Below, in pieces: positions 24,590-37,200 of a stretch of 64,000 nucleotides of DNA (the first letter of the stretch is position 1; each line of letters begins with the position of its first letter). The stretch spans positions 25,854,001 through 25,918,000 of the forward strand of contig NC_083428.1 of assembly GCF_020745735.1 (NCBI RefSeq). The letters are read 5' to 3'. Origin of the DNA: Hemiscyllium ocellatum. Its lineage: Eukaryota. Made by a program: the position numbers and the translations under genes. Below the pieces are notes generated by a model, which was given only the letters and a program-made list of their open reading frames with translations, ran no database searches and was not told the origin of the DNA.

Positions 24590-25845
24590 ATCTGAAGGTG
24601 TGAATGTGGACTTGAGTATCAACAGTGTTCATGGTGACAGCTGATCACATGATTTGTGAAAATGTTACTGGTGAGTAGCATGTGAGGGGCAGGGATGGCA
24701 ATCAAAGAAAATTGTATGTAGCCATGGAATGTAAGCTATTGGAATAATGAAATATCTACAATCCAAATTTAAATAAACTAGTGGGATTCCACAGTGATCT
24801 GTTTACAATATATATTAATGAGCTGGATGAAGGAAGTGAATATACTTTAGCCAAATTTGCAAATGATAAAAATAGGTGGAAGAATAAATTGGGAGAAGAA
24901 TACAGGCAGATATTGATAGATTAAGAAATGGACAAAAAAAAAACAGGTGGAGTATAATGTGGGGAAATGGAAGGGAGAATATTTGGGAAAGAGTTTGAGT
25001 AAAACTTCAGAAAGTTGCAACACAAGGAGACTTGACAGTACTTGTGCACAAATTACAGAAAGATGGCACACAGGTGCAGCAGGTCATCAGGAAAGGTAAT
25101 GGAATGTTGGCCCTTATTTCAAGGGGGTTGGAGTATACAAGTAAGGAGGCCTTACTGCAACTGTGCAGGGTGCTGATGAGATCATTTCAAATAGGATCAT
25201 GAAGAAGGCTTTTGGTATGCTTTCCTTTATTGGTCAGAGTATTGAGTACAGGAGTTGGGAAGTCATGTTGCGGCTGTACAGAAATTGGTTAGGCCACTGT
25301 TGGAATATTGCATACAATTCTGGTCTCCTTCCTATCGGAAAGATGTTGTGAAACTTGAAAGGGTTCAGAAAAGATTTACAAGGATGTTGCCAGGGTTGGA
25401 GGATCTGAGCTACAGGGAGAGGCTGAACAGGGTGGGGTTGTTTTCCCTGGAGCGTCGGAGGCTGAGGGTGACCTTATAGAGGTTTACAAAATTATGAGGG
25501 GCATGAATAGGATAAATAGACAAAGTCTTTTCCCTGGGGTCAGGGAGTCCAGAACTAGAGGGCATAGGTTTAGGGTGAGAGGGGAAAGATATCAAAGAGA
25601 CCTAAGGGGCAACTTTTTCAAGCAGAGGGTTGTACGTGTTTGGAATGAGCTGCCAGAGGATGTGGTGGAGGCTGGTACAACTGCAACATTTAAGAGACAT
25701 TTGGATGGGTATATGAATAGGAAGAGTTTGGAGGGATATGGGCCAGGTGCTGGCAGGTGGGACTAGATTGGATTGGGATGTCTGGTCAGCATGGATGGGT
25801 TGGACCAAAGGGTCTGTTTCCATGCTGTATATCTCTATGGCTCTA
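24590..25845 (+). mobile_element. Old CR1 remnant (24590-25185) followed by a younger HER1-like CR1 3' fragment (25187-25845)
   Basis: ORFs 25163..25766 give the CR1 ORF2 C-terminus (RPLLEYCIQFWSP, RTRGH, VWNELP). Confidence 0.9.
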
Positions 25846-26040
25846 TGCATCTACCAATCACCTTCTCAACTACCTTCCTCCAGCCCACCCCCACCTTCCT
25901 ATTTATCTCTTAGCTCCCTCCCTCCCTACATTCCTGATGAAGGGCTTATGCCCGATACATCAATTCTCTTATTCCTTGGATGCTGCCTGACCTGCTGTGT
26001 TTTTCCAGCACCACAATTCTTGATCTCACTTTCTCCTTAT
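25846..26040 (+). mobile_element. Penelope-like element 3' terminal-repeat fragment with a decayed hammerhead motif
   Basis: Matches the 44430-44633 end of the large PLE; CTGATGAagggcttatgcccGATACATC. Confidence 0.8.
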
Positions 26041-26094
26041 GACTAACAAGGTTAAATGTGTTTTTTTAAAATAAATGTGTTGAAAACTTCTGAG

Positions 26095-26415
26095 CCTTTA
26101 GAATCTGTACAGCATGGGAATAGGCCCTTTAGCCCAACAATTCCACACTGACCCTCTGAAGAGTATCCCACCCAAACCCATTCCCCACTACAGTTAACCC
26201 TAAGTAATGCACCTAACCCACACATTATCTGAACACTATGGGCAATTTAGCATGACCAATCCATCTAACCTGCAGCGCATTGGATTGTGGGAAGCAACCC
26301 ATAAAGACACAGAGAGAATTTGCAAACTTCACACAGTCACCCTAGGATGCAATTGAACCTGGGTCCCTGGTGCTGTGAGGCAGCAGTGCTAACTACTGAG
26401 CCACAATGCCACCCT
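26095..26415 (-). mobile_element. HE1-type V-SINE
   Basis: Head, V-domain and tail are recognisable. Confidence 0.85.
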
Positions 26416-27814
26416 GACCCTGCCTCTCCTTCAGATCCAATTTCATTGTTGAATTATACAGTGTCACATCAATTTATTTTTCCCTCCTCCTAAACATTAT
26501 TAAATGCCACTAGGTTATGTAACAATGCATTTGGTTCTAAATTATAGCTTGAATTTGTGCTAATTTCAGATTCAAGTCACATTTGATCGACTCCAATCAT
26601 TTGGTATGTATTCATGTCATGAAACAAAAATAGACAAATGACAAGTAATGAGGACGCATTTTGTGCTTATGCAGAACTGAGACAAATACTTCATTATAGG
26701 AAATTATTGGACAGTGTTTCCTTAGTGACTGTGACTTTCCACTTAACTCTGATCAGTTTCCGTTCATCTCAATAGTAACATATATCTTCAAGGGGTTGGT
26801 CATGTATCTGAAACTCATTTGAGTATGTAATCTCAATGAATAGTTTAGCATCAATACAACAGTGCTACACAGTTAATGGACTATGTGTGAGATGTTAAAC
26901 AAATTCGATGTGTGAGTTTTGTCAGAATATGTTGACTAATAATTTGTTCATTAAGTAATATTATTGAAATAAATTTCATTGGTGTTATCTTGCTATGTTG
27001 AAAAAACCCACCATATTAATATACATAATACTTGAAAAGTATTTAGTTGGCAATGAATCGATTTCATACTTTGTAGTTGTGTTAGCCTTTGGACAGTGTT
27101 CTATAATCCACCTCCTGCTAGTCTTGTCACATTACTTTTCACAGGTATTTGTCACTGACTGTCAATCTGTTTCACTTTATAGATGCAGAATCATTGAGTT
27201 TAAACAAGTTTGGGCTGGAATTTGACAGCTTTAATCCTTAACCTGTACAGAAAAATATACATAGCATTATCTTTGAACATTTTCGGAAACTGCCTTCTGT
27301 GCAGCTGGATTTAGTGCTGAGTGAACCTTTGGCAAGTTTATCTCACATCATACCTATGTTCTTTTGTTATCTATTTCTCTATTTCCAGATATCCTGAATA
27401 GGCAACATGTAGCTGTTGCAGTATTCAAGTGACACTAAAGAGGGAAATGACAATTTCTTATACACGTACACATAAAGTGAACAAAGCTCAAGATTGTAGT
27501 TCACTTTACACATTGTAACACGTTGCAGACATGCAGGGTTCTCAGGTAGCCCTCATTATTATATGATTACAAGTTACTCAAAACTCATGCAGTACTTTGG
27601 AAGTCTCTGCGAAACTGGGCAAGTTTCCGGACAAAGCATTCTACAGTGATTACATTCTTTGTGAGACTAATCCGTTCCTCCACATGGCACATTCTAGAAT
27701 GATCTTATCTCTTTTTGTTTCAAACAAGATCTCCACACTATCTGCTCACTGCATTTGTTTCTTGAAAACATTACATGCATTGAATTGGTCAGGTCTCCTT
27801 TTGTGATTTTAATG

Positions 27815-28815
27815 TTGGTTGGGTCCTCTTCTCTTCTCCTCTTTTCCCGCTCTCCATTCTCCTTCACCACTCTCCTTCCATCCCATTCCCTCCCTTCCCC
27901 TCTACTTACCTCTCCCCTCATCTCTCCCTCTTCATCTCCCCACCCTGCCTTACTTCTGCCCTCCCACTCCCAGTCCCACATCCTCCATCCCTCCTTTCCC
28001 GTCTCCCCTCCCCGTCTCCCCTCCCTTGACTCCCCTCCCTTGTCTCCCTTTTCCTGTCTCCCCATAAGACCATAAGACATAGGAGTGGAAGTAAGGCCAT
28101 TCGGCCCATCGAGTCCACTCCGCCATTCAATCATGGCTGATGGGCATTTCAACTCCACTTACCCGCATTCTCCTCATAGCCCTTAATTCCTTGTGACATC
28201 AAGAATTTATCAATCTCTGCCTTGAAAGACATTTAGAGTCCCGGCCTCCACTGCGCTCTGCGGCAATGAATTCCACAGGCCCACCACTTTCTAGCTGAAG
28301 AAATGTCTCTGCATTTCTGTTCTGAATTGACCCCCTCTATTTCTAAGGCTGTATCCACGGGTCCTAGTCTCCTCACCTGACAGAAACAATTTCCTAGCGT
28401 CCACCCTTTCCAAGCCATGTATTATCTTGTAAGTTTCTATTAGATCTTCCCTTAATCTTCTAAACTCTAATGAGTACAATCCCAGGATCCTCAGCCATTC
28501 CTCGTATGTTAGACCTACCATTCCAGGGATCATCCGTGTGAATCCAGTGCCAGTATGTCCTTCCTGAGGTGTGGGGACCAAAACTGGACACAGTACTCCA
28601 AATGGGGCCTAACCAGAGCTTTATAAAGTCTCAGTAGCACAACGGTGCTTTTATATTCCAACCCTCTTGAGATAAATGTCATTCCTTGATTCCCCTCCTC
28701 ATCTCCCCTCTCCCCATCTTGGCACCCCATCTCCCCTCCTCTTCTTGTCTCCCCTCTCCCTATTCTCCCTATTCTCCCTATTCTCCCCTCTCCTTTATTG
28801 CTCCTCTCCCCTCCA
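27815..28815 (-). mobile_element. CR1 3' fragment (28063-28682) embedded in a C/T-rich low-complexity tract
   Basis: ORFs 28291..28581 and 28530..28853 ([13 protein letters not shown]); polypyrimidine tracts on both flanks. Confidence 0.9.
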
Positions 28816-29492
28816 GCACTGTTCAAAGCAGAGTCTGTTACATGTTGGTTCATGACTGTGCTAACTTAAGCAATGCCTATTGTGCAAACAGGTGGTGTCA
28901 ACAGATATGGTTCATCTCACTGCTGTTTTACCACAACCATTTCTCCCTATGATTCACTGACTTTCAACTTTACATATATATGCCCTCCTTTGTGATTTTA
29001 AACAAATTTATTTTCCACGTAAAATTTGAATATTTCAAACTCTGTTTGAAGCTTGCAGATGCAAGTAACTTTTCTGTATACCTCACTATTAATTTCTAAA
29101 TCAATACTTATTCCTTCCCCAGTTTATCGGGTCCAACAGAATCATTTTCCTTTCCATTTGCTTTTCCAGTTTCAGGAACTTGCAGGCTTATATTTGCCAG
29201 GTTTGGTTTATGTAAAGGAGTTTCCAAATACCTTTACAAAATGCTTTCTCTTCACTTTGTAAACCAACAGGCCTTCAACAATGTTAACGTAATTTTATGA
29301 CTTACCCCATGTTTTCTGACCATTGGATTGACATTGTGTTATAGATTAGGTTCTTTAAACTACCTCCAGTTCCTATTTTAACATTAAGGTTATCCTGTTT
29401 CAGATGAATAGCAAACATAAGGGGGCAGGGCCCCAAGTGTAGAGAGCCAGTTGGGTATGGTCCCAGCTGGTCAGGCCAACCACTTTGATCTA

Positions 29493-30605
29493 GAGGAAAG
29501 TAAGGACTGTAGATGCGGGAGATTAGAGTCAAACAGTGTGGCACTGGAAAAGCACAGCAGGCCAGGCAGCATCTGAGGAGCGAGAGAATCGACGTTTTGA
29601 GCATGAGCCCTTCATCAGGAATGTGGGGGTGCCCAAGGGGGTTGAGAGATAAATGGGAGGAAGTGTGGGGCTGGGGAAAGGTACCTTAGAAGGTGACAGG
29701 TAGAGGGTGGGGGTAGAAGGTGGGGGTGATGAGTTGGAGCGGAGGGTGGAGCGAATAGGTGGTAAGGCAGGTGGAGAGGTAGAACAGTGCCGAGTTGGAG
29801 AGTTGGACTTGGGAAACTGGTGAAATGACATTGATGCCATGTGGTTGGAGGATTCCAAGGCAGAAGATGAGGTGTTCTTCCTCCAGGAGTCGGGTGGATT
29901 GGATTTGGCAGTGGAGGAGGCCCAGGACTTGCATGTCCATGGTGGAATAGAGGGGGAGTTGAAGTGGCCAGCCACAGGGTGGTGGGGTTGTTTAGTGCAT
30001 GTATCCGAGAGATGTTCTCTGAAATGTTCCACAAGTCGGCATTGTGTCTCCTCGGTGTATAGGAGACCACATCGAGAGCAATGGACACTGTAGATGAGGT
30101 GTTTGGATGAGCAGGAAAATCTCTGCCAGATGTGGAAGGATCCTTTGTGGCCTTGGATGGAGGTGAGGGGGGAGGTATGTGATGGAGTTTGATGTGTTGT
30201 ATCCAGAGATTGGTGGGATGGAAGATGGAGACCAAGGGGTCTCCTCTACACCAGGGAGACCTTGTTGCGGCTAAAGGGTTGGGGTTCAAGGGCATAGTTG
30301 CAGGCAGTGAAAGAGATGCACTGGAGGGCACTGTTGATCTCATGGGAGAGGAAATTATGGTCCTTGAAGTAGGAGGCCATCTGGGATGTTCTGGAGTGGA
30401 ATTTCTCTTTCTGGGAGCAGATGCGTCAGGGGCAGAGGAATTTGGAGTAAGGGCTAGTGTTTTTGCAGGAGGCAGGTTGGAAGGAGGTGTAGTCCAGGTA
30501 GATGTGGGAGTCGGTGGGTGTGAAATAGCTGTTTATGTTGAGTTGGTCACCGGAAATGGAAATGGACAGGTTCTGGAAGGGGAGGGAGTTTTCTGAGATG
30601 GTCAT
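29493..30605 (-). mobile_element. Penelope-like element fragment (RT C-terminus, GIY-YIG, terminal repeat)
   Basis: SLPFQNLSISISGDQL...YFTPTDSHIYLDYTS and EHFREHL...PVAGHFNS; hammerhead remnant at 29587-29622(-). Confidence 0.9.
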
Positions 30606-31870
30606 TCCGCCTTGGAACACTTCAATCCCAGGGCATCAATGTGGACTTCAACAGTTTCCTCATTTCCCCTTCCCCCACCTCACCTTAGTTCCAAACTTCC
30701 AGCTCAGCACTGTCCCCATGACTTGTCCTACTTGCCTATCTCCTTTTCCACCTATCCACTCCACTCTCCTCCCTGACCTATCACCTTCATCCCCTCCCCC
30801 ACTCACCTATTGTACTCCAGGCTACTTTCTCCCCACCCCCACCCTCCTCTAACTTATCTCTCCACGTTTCAGGCTCTCTACCTTTATTCCTGATGAAGGG
30901 CTTTTGCCCGAAACATCAATTTTGCTGCTCCTTGGATGCTGCCTGAACTGCTGTGCTCTTCCAGCACCACTAATCCAAAACCTAGGAGAAGCAATTCCAC
31001 TCCAGAACATCCCAGACAGCCTCCATCTTCAACTCCCACCCATCCAACCACAACAAGGTTAGAACCCCCCTCAGTCCTCACTTTCCACCCCACCAATCAC
31101 CAAATACAACACATCATCCTCCACCATTTCCACCACTATAGTCAGACCCCAGCACCAGAGATGTATTTCCCTCCCCAATCTTATCAGCATTCTGCAGAGA
31201 CCATTCACTCTGTGACTCCCTCATTAGGTCCACGCTCCCCCCCGCCCATAACCCACCCTACACACCAAACACCTCATCTACTGAGTCTGTTGCTCTCGAT
31301 GTGGTCTCCTCTACACCAGGGAGACATGATGCTAACTTGCAAAACGGTTCAGGGACATCTTCAGGACACACACATCTAACAACCCCACCGTCCTGTGGCT
31401 GATCACCTCAACTTCCCCTCCCATTCTGCCAAGGACATGCAAGCACTGGGTCTCTTCCGCTGCCAAATCCAAGTCACCCAATGCCTGGAGGAAAAACACC
31501 TCATCTTCTGCCTTGGGACCTTCCAGCCACACAGCATCAATGTTGATTTCACCAATTTCCCTTCCCCCACCTTATCCCAGATCTAATCTTCCAATTCGGT
31601 GCTGCCCTCTTGAACTGTCCCATCTGTCCATCATCCTTCCCACCTATCCACTTCACTCTCCGCTCTGACTTATCACCTTCACACACCACCTTCACCTTCC
31701 CAGCTATCTTCTCCCCAGCCCCACCCCACGCCCCCTCTAATTTATCTCTTAGCCCCCTTGGGCTCCCTCCACATTCCTGATGATGGCTTTATGCCCACAA
31801 TGTCGATTCTCCTGCTCCTCGGATGCTGCTTGATCTGCTGTGCTTTTCCAGCGACATACCTTTTGACCAT
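30605..31870 (+). mobile_element. Two tandem Penelope-like 3' fragments, inverted relative to 29493-30605
   Basis: VLTFHPTNHQIQHIIL and ADHLNFPSHSAKDMQALG...EEKHLIFCLGT; hammerhead motifs at 30886-30921 and 31773-31808. Confidence 0.85.
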
Positions 31871-33216
31871 TTTGACCTATTCTGCAAGCTGCAGAATGAC
31901 AGGCCCATCCCTGCAAACTCAATTAATTCTCATGGCTATAGGATGCAGTCAGCCATGACTACTTAGGGGCCTCAGTTGATGACAGAATTTAAGTCTGATG
32001 GAGGCAGTAAGTCAGTGGATTCAGGTTTGTCCCCCATCTTAGTTTAATGTCTTTCCTGCCTCCAGGCTCACCACCACTGAGAGTAGAAGGTTCCACATGT
32101 GGTGTGTGATATTGGTTACCCATTGACAGAAGGTCACAAAAGCAGGACCCAATTTGCTTTCTCTGTGCCAGGGAAGAGCTGTCAAAATGCAGGTATGGCT
32201 CTGAGCAGAATCTCTTTCCAGAAATCTAGAGCACCCTCTTTTCACAAAACTGAAGGGCGGGGTCACCTCTCAATGCATACAAGAGCACACTGTATCTGTG
32301 AAAGCAGGTCAGGTGCATGAAATTCAGAAGTGAACAACTCATCAGTTGCTTTCCCAGGGTCAATTATAAAGCACAAGTCAGGAATGTGATGAATCCTCTC
32401 CAATTCCCTGGCTGTGTCACTCCAATAACATTCAAGAGGATTGACACCATCCAGGAAAAGCAGCCTGCCCTGGCTGGCACCCATCCATCACCTTGCTTTA
32501 GCACCAACATACCTTGGCAGAAGTATGCACCATTACAAGAAGCAATGCAGAAACACAGCAAGGTAAAGGTACCATAGTTTCACCTGACCATTGAGTTACT
32601 TTCTTATTGGAGAGAGACAACTAGTGGTTTATTGTGAAAGAAAACACACCTCAGGCAAGGGGAGAGGGTGAGAAGGAATATGGTGCAGGAATTGAAACCA
32701 CACCGTTGGCGTCACTCTGCAATACAGCTGTCCAACCAACTGAGCTAAATGACCCCCGACTGGTAACTCAGCAAGTTTCCTCTAACACAACTGTCTAAAC
32801 CTGTAGCTTTTACAACTGAGAAGGACAAGGGGAACCAATGCATGGGAAAACCATGAGCTACAAGATCCCCCCCCCCCCCAATGACACACAATTGAAATTG
32901 TATCATTGCTCCTTCTCTGATGGTGGAGCGAGATTCTGAAGCTCTTTTGCGAACTGTACCCTGCATATCCCTACACCCCAAGGGCTGCAATGGCTCAAGA
33001 AGGCAGTTCAACAGGACCTTCTGCAGGGAAATTAGAAATGTGCAATAACTGCTGCTCTACCCAAAACCATGAAAAACATGAACAAATGGGGAAAAAGGTG
33101 CAATTATCAGAAATGGAAATGTGTTTTCAAATGTGCACGCCATAAATGATGCAAAATGCATCTCCACACCTTAATAGTGGCTTACAAGGGTCACAGACTG
33201 ATCAAAAAAATGGCTG

Positions 33217-33345
33217 AGTTCTGAGGAAGGGTCACTGGACTCGAAATGTAAACTGTCCACAGATGCTGCCAGATTTGCTGAGATTTTCCAGCTATTTCTG
33301 TTTTTGTTTCTGAGTTACAGCATCTGCAGTTCTTTCAGTTTTTAA
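33217..33345 (+). mobile_element. Short terminal-repeat element beginning with a hammerhead motif (ACGT-T family)
   Basis: agttCTGAGGAagggtcactggactcGAAATGTAaact followed by the cagatgctgccaga...ttttgtttctga tail. Confidence 0.7.
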
Positions 33346-34129
33346 ATGACAGAATTACCTTGGTACTGTGGTCACAGTGGAACATATGATAAAATACGAG
33401 TGTTACAAGGCAGGTTAATGGAGCAGCTAGGAGATTAAAATTAATCAAAATGAATAGCAATGAAGTAAGGAATAAGATAAAGAGATCTCTAAGACCTAAT
33501 GATGCTGAAAGGGAGGTAAGAAAATTGCAGCTTGGTTCGTCATACTTTTTCAATATCCTCTGTATGCATGAATTGTTTCTCCAGATTGGAAAATTGCAAA
33601 GTCACAGCGTAGCTTACAAAGGGAATGAGCGCACAAGTAACTGTAAACCCATCATTTTGGCATCAATTATAGGGAGGTTATTGGAGTCCATCATTACTGA
33701 AAGAAGGATTTTTTTTGGAGGCGAAACAAAGTCTAAAGTGAGGCAAACGATAAAATTACCAGTAATAGGTGACGTATTGATATCAGTACACTCACCTAAG
33801 AACCATCAATAATAAAGATGGGGGTGCATAAGACAGCAATCCCATGCTCCTTCCAAACCAGCCCAATTCGACCAATTAAACAACTTGTTCTAAACTTGTG
33901 GAAGTGAGAGGCTGGGATATTTAAAGGGGTGCACATATTTCAGAAACTGTCAATTTGTGTTTATTTATAGGGATTTGCAGCGTGGAGCCAATCAGGGATG
34001 CCCAGGGCATCAGCCTGTCTCTGAAGAGGAGAATGTCAACCAAGTAACAAGGGGTGCCCTCGGTGTTGCCTGGGTGCAGGCAGAGTGGGTATTCAGCAGC
34101 CTGGATTAAATTGGGGTCAACAAGTGGAG

Positions 34130-35995
34130 GCAATCACTTTGTGGTATTATCAATAGCCTAACAATCCAGGTAATGTTCTGAGTTACACAGAAAATTGTGG
34201 AATTTGAATTCAATAAAAATCTGCAATTAACGAAGACAACAGAATCATTGTCATTAAAAACCCACCTGCTTCACTAATTCCCTTTGGGGAAAGAATCTTA
34301 CTTGGCCTGGCCTACACATGACCCCAGTCCCACAACGGTCTACTCCACTCCTAACTATCGTCTGAAATGACCTAGCAAACCAGTCAGTTGCAGCAACTGC
34401 TAGGAAGCTTCAAAACAGGAATAACATTGGATGGATGATATGGCATAAACTGATGCACTGACTCAGTTGGTCCTGCAAAGTCCACCTTACTGACATATGT
34501 TAAATGTGTGAGAGCTTTCTGATAGACTAATCAAAGCTGCCATAGTCATACTCAGCATACCTCACTATTGTCATCATCTCCGGGTATGCCTTGTCCCACC
34601 AGCAGAACAGACTCAGCAGAGATAGCAGCACAGAAGTAGCAGCAAGTTGGAATGGACTTGGCCCAAGAGTCCTGACAAGTAACTAGGGGTCCCACAAAGT
34701 CTCATAGTGACAGATCAACATTAGTAAGGAATCCTTACTACTCCTGTCCCTTCTGCTGAGGTGAAACATTACTTGGAAGAAAGGACTGCAAAATATTCTC
34801 TGGAATAACAGGGGGGGGGGGGGGGGGGAGAGAGGAGGAGCTTCAATTTATACCATCAAGACTGACCACTACTGAGTGAGATGGTCAAATTCAAATGAAC
34901 ATAGCTGCAGGATTGGACCTGCAGTAGGTGATGAGGGGACTATCACATTTAGCCTTGTCCTCATTAATCTGCCTGCCAGATGCATTTGCCCATGACAGTC
35001 TGTGTAAGATTGTCTCCTTGTGGAGACAGAGTCCCATCTATACATTGAGCCAAGCTTGCATCATGTTGTGTGGTATGATCACAGTACTGATGGAATAGGC
35101 TTCAAACAAACCTGGCTACCCAAGGCTAGGTCAGTGGGCCACAGAAGCAGCAGAATTGTAACATTCCAACATAATTTGCAACATGATTCCCTTTATATTC
35201 TCCATTGTAGCACTATCAGGGGATTGATCTTGGTTAAGAGGAGAATGCAGGAGGGTATTCTAGAATCAGCTTCAGTTAACCTAAAACTAAGGTGTCAGCC
35301 TGATGAAGCTACCAAAAGGACTATTTGTGTCCCAAAAAGCATAAGCAGCAAGTGATATCACAGCTAACGGATCAGATCTAAACTCTGGAGTCCTAAACAC
35401 ATCCAGTCATGAACGGTGCTGGACATTTAAACAATTGGGATGGAAGCTCCACCAAAATCCTCTACATCAATAATGAGGATTCAGCTACTTCATCAATGGC
35501 TTTCCTTCCATTATAAAGTCTGAAATGTTCACTGATGATTGCACAACATTCAGCACTACTCGCTACTCCTCAGATACTGAAGCAATTGATGATCAAGTGC
35601 AACAAGATCTGGATAATATCCAGGTTTGGGCTGACAAGAAATGTCAGGCAATGAATGTCTCTTATTGGAGACAATCAATCTAACAACAGCCCTCTGGCAC
35701 TCAGTGGAATTAACATCACTGAATCCCCAGATTTCAATATTCTGAGGATTACCATTGACAAGAAACTCACATTGACTCGCCACTTATATACAATGGCTAC
35801 AAGAGCAGGTCAGAAGCGAGGAATACTGTGGTGAGTAACTCAATTAGTGACTCCCCAAAATCCACAAGGCAGAGGTGAGGAGTGTGATGGAATACTCTCC
35901 ACTTGCCTTAATAGTTACAGCTCCAACAACGCTCAAGAAGCTTGACACCATCTAGGACAGAGCAGCTTGTTTGATTGTCACCACATCCTCTAACA
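34130..35995 (+). mobile_element. Old, heavily decayed CR1/L2-group LINE
   Basis: RT remnant (MFTDDCT for FADD) and C-terminal motifs (QxRSVMEYSPLA, KLDTIxDRAA). Same family as 990-1905 and ~32350-32560. Confidence 0.65.
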
Positions 35996-36049
35996 TTCGG
36001 ACGAAGAGGGGCTAATGACTATGAAGAGGAGAAATTCTTAATATAGGAT

Positions 36050-36345
36050 TGGGATGCATGGTGACACAGTGGTTAGCACTGCTGCCTCACAGTGCCAGAG
36101 ACCCAGGTTCAATTCCCGCCTCAGGCAACTGTCTGTGTGGAGTTTGCACATTCTCCCTGTGTCTGCGTAGGTTTCCTCTGGGTGCTCTGGTTTCCTCCCA
36201 CAGTCCAAAAATATGCAGGTCAGGTAAATCAACCATGCTAAATTGCCCGTAGTGTTAGATGTAGGGGAATGGGTCTGGGCGGGTTGCTCTTTGGAGGGTC
36301 GATGTGGACTTGTTGGGCCGAAGGGCCTGTTTCCACACTGTAAGG
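36050..36345 (+). mobile_element. HE1-type V-SINE
   Basis: Complete head, V-domain and tail. Confidence 0.92.
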
Positions 36346-36375
36346 GCATAATATACTGTGAGATCAGGGTCCTTC

Positions 36376-36411
36376 CTTCCTGAAGAAGGGCTTTTGCCCG
36401 AAACGTCGATC
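36376..36411 (+). ncRNA. Minimal type I hammerhead ribozyme motif with intact core
   Basis: ttc-CTGAAGA-a-gggc(tttt)gccc-GAAA-CGTC-gat: conserved CUGANGA/GAAA core, 4-bp helix II, palindromic ACGU helix III, GUC site. Confidence 0.75.
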
Positions 36412-36534
36412 CTCCTGTTCCTTTGATGCTGCCTGACCTGCTGCGCTTTTCTAGCAACACATTTTTAAGCTCCATGCATATCACCTCAACTCAAGCTTTA
36501 ATGGAGTATGCAGGTAAACTGTGAGTAACAATAA

Positions 36535-37200
36535 TGATGAGGGGGTGTCAGTGTTGGTCCAGGGTGAACAAAGTCAGAAGTCACATGACACCAGGTTATA
36601 GTCGGTCACACACATCATCTACTCGATCTGTTCGAATGCTACATTGGGAGGCAAGATGCCCACTTGCAGAACGCTTCAGAGAACATGCATGAAACAACCC
36701 CACTACCCCGAGGCCCTCCCACTCTGCCAAGAATATGTAGGTCCTGGGTCTCCTCCACTGCCAAACCCTTACCACTCAATGCCTCATCTTCTGCCTTGGG
36801 ACCCTCCAACCACATTGGATCAACGTGGTTCACCAGTTTCCTCATTTTCCCCCCCTCCACCTTATCCCAGATCCAAACCTTCAACTTGGCACTGCCCGCC
36901 TGATCTGTCCTACCTGCCTATCTTCCTTCCCACCTATCTGCTCCACTCTCCTCTCTGACCTATCCCTTCACCCCAACTTCATCTACCTATTGCATCCTCA
37001 GCTACTTTCCCCCCAACCCCATTCACCTCCCACTTATCTCTCAGCCTCCTAGGCCCACTCCCCACCTTCATTCCTAATGAAGAACTTATGCTTGAACTGT
37101 TGTTTTTCCTGCTTCTCGGACGCTGCCTGACCAGCTGTGCTTTTCTAGCACCACACTTTGGACTCTGATCTCTAGCATCTCCAGTCCTTACTTTCTCCTA
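36535..37200 (+). mobile_element. Partial palindromic-family arm (36535-36603) fused to a Penelope-like 3' fragment
   Basis: The arm matches 56626-56695. Downstream are a GIY-YIG remnant and a terminal repeat with a decayed hammerhead at ~37070-37105. Confidence 0.75.

Noticed and set aside
27694-28158. Gly/Glu/Arg-rich and Pro/Ser-rich ORFs
   Set aside because: Translations of a low-complexity purine/pyrimidine tract plus CR1 3' UTR.
34811-34828. G18 run as a functional G-quadruplex
   Set aside because: A homopolymer inside a decayed LINE with no supporting context.
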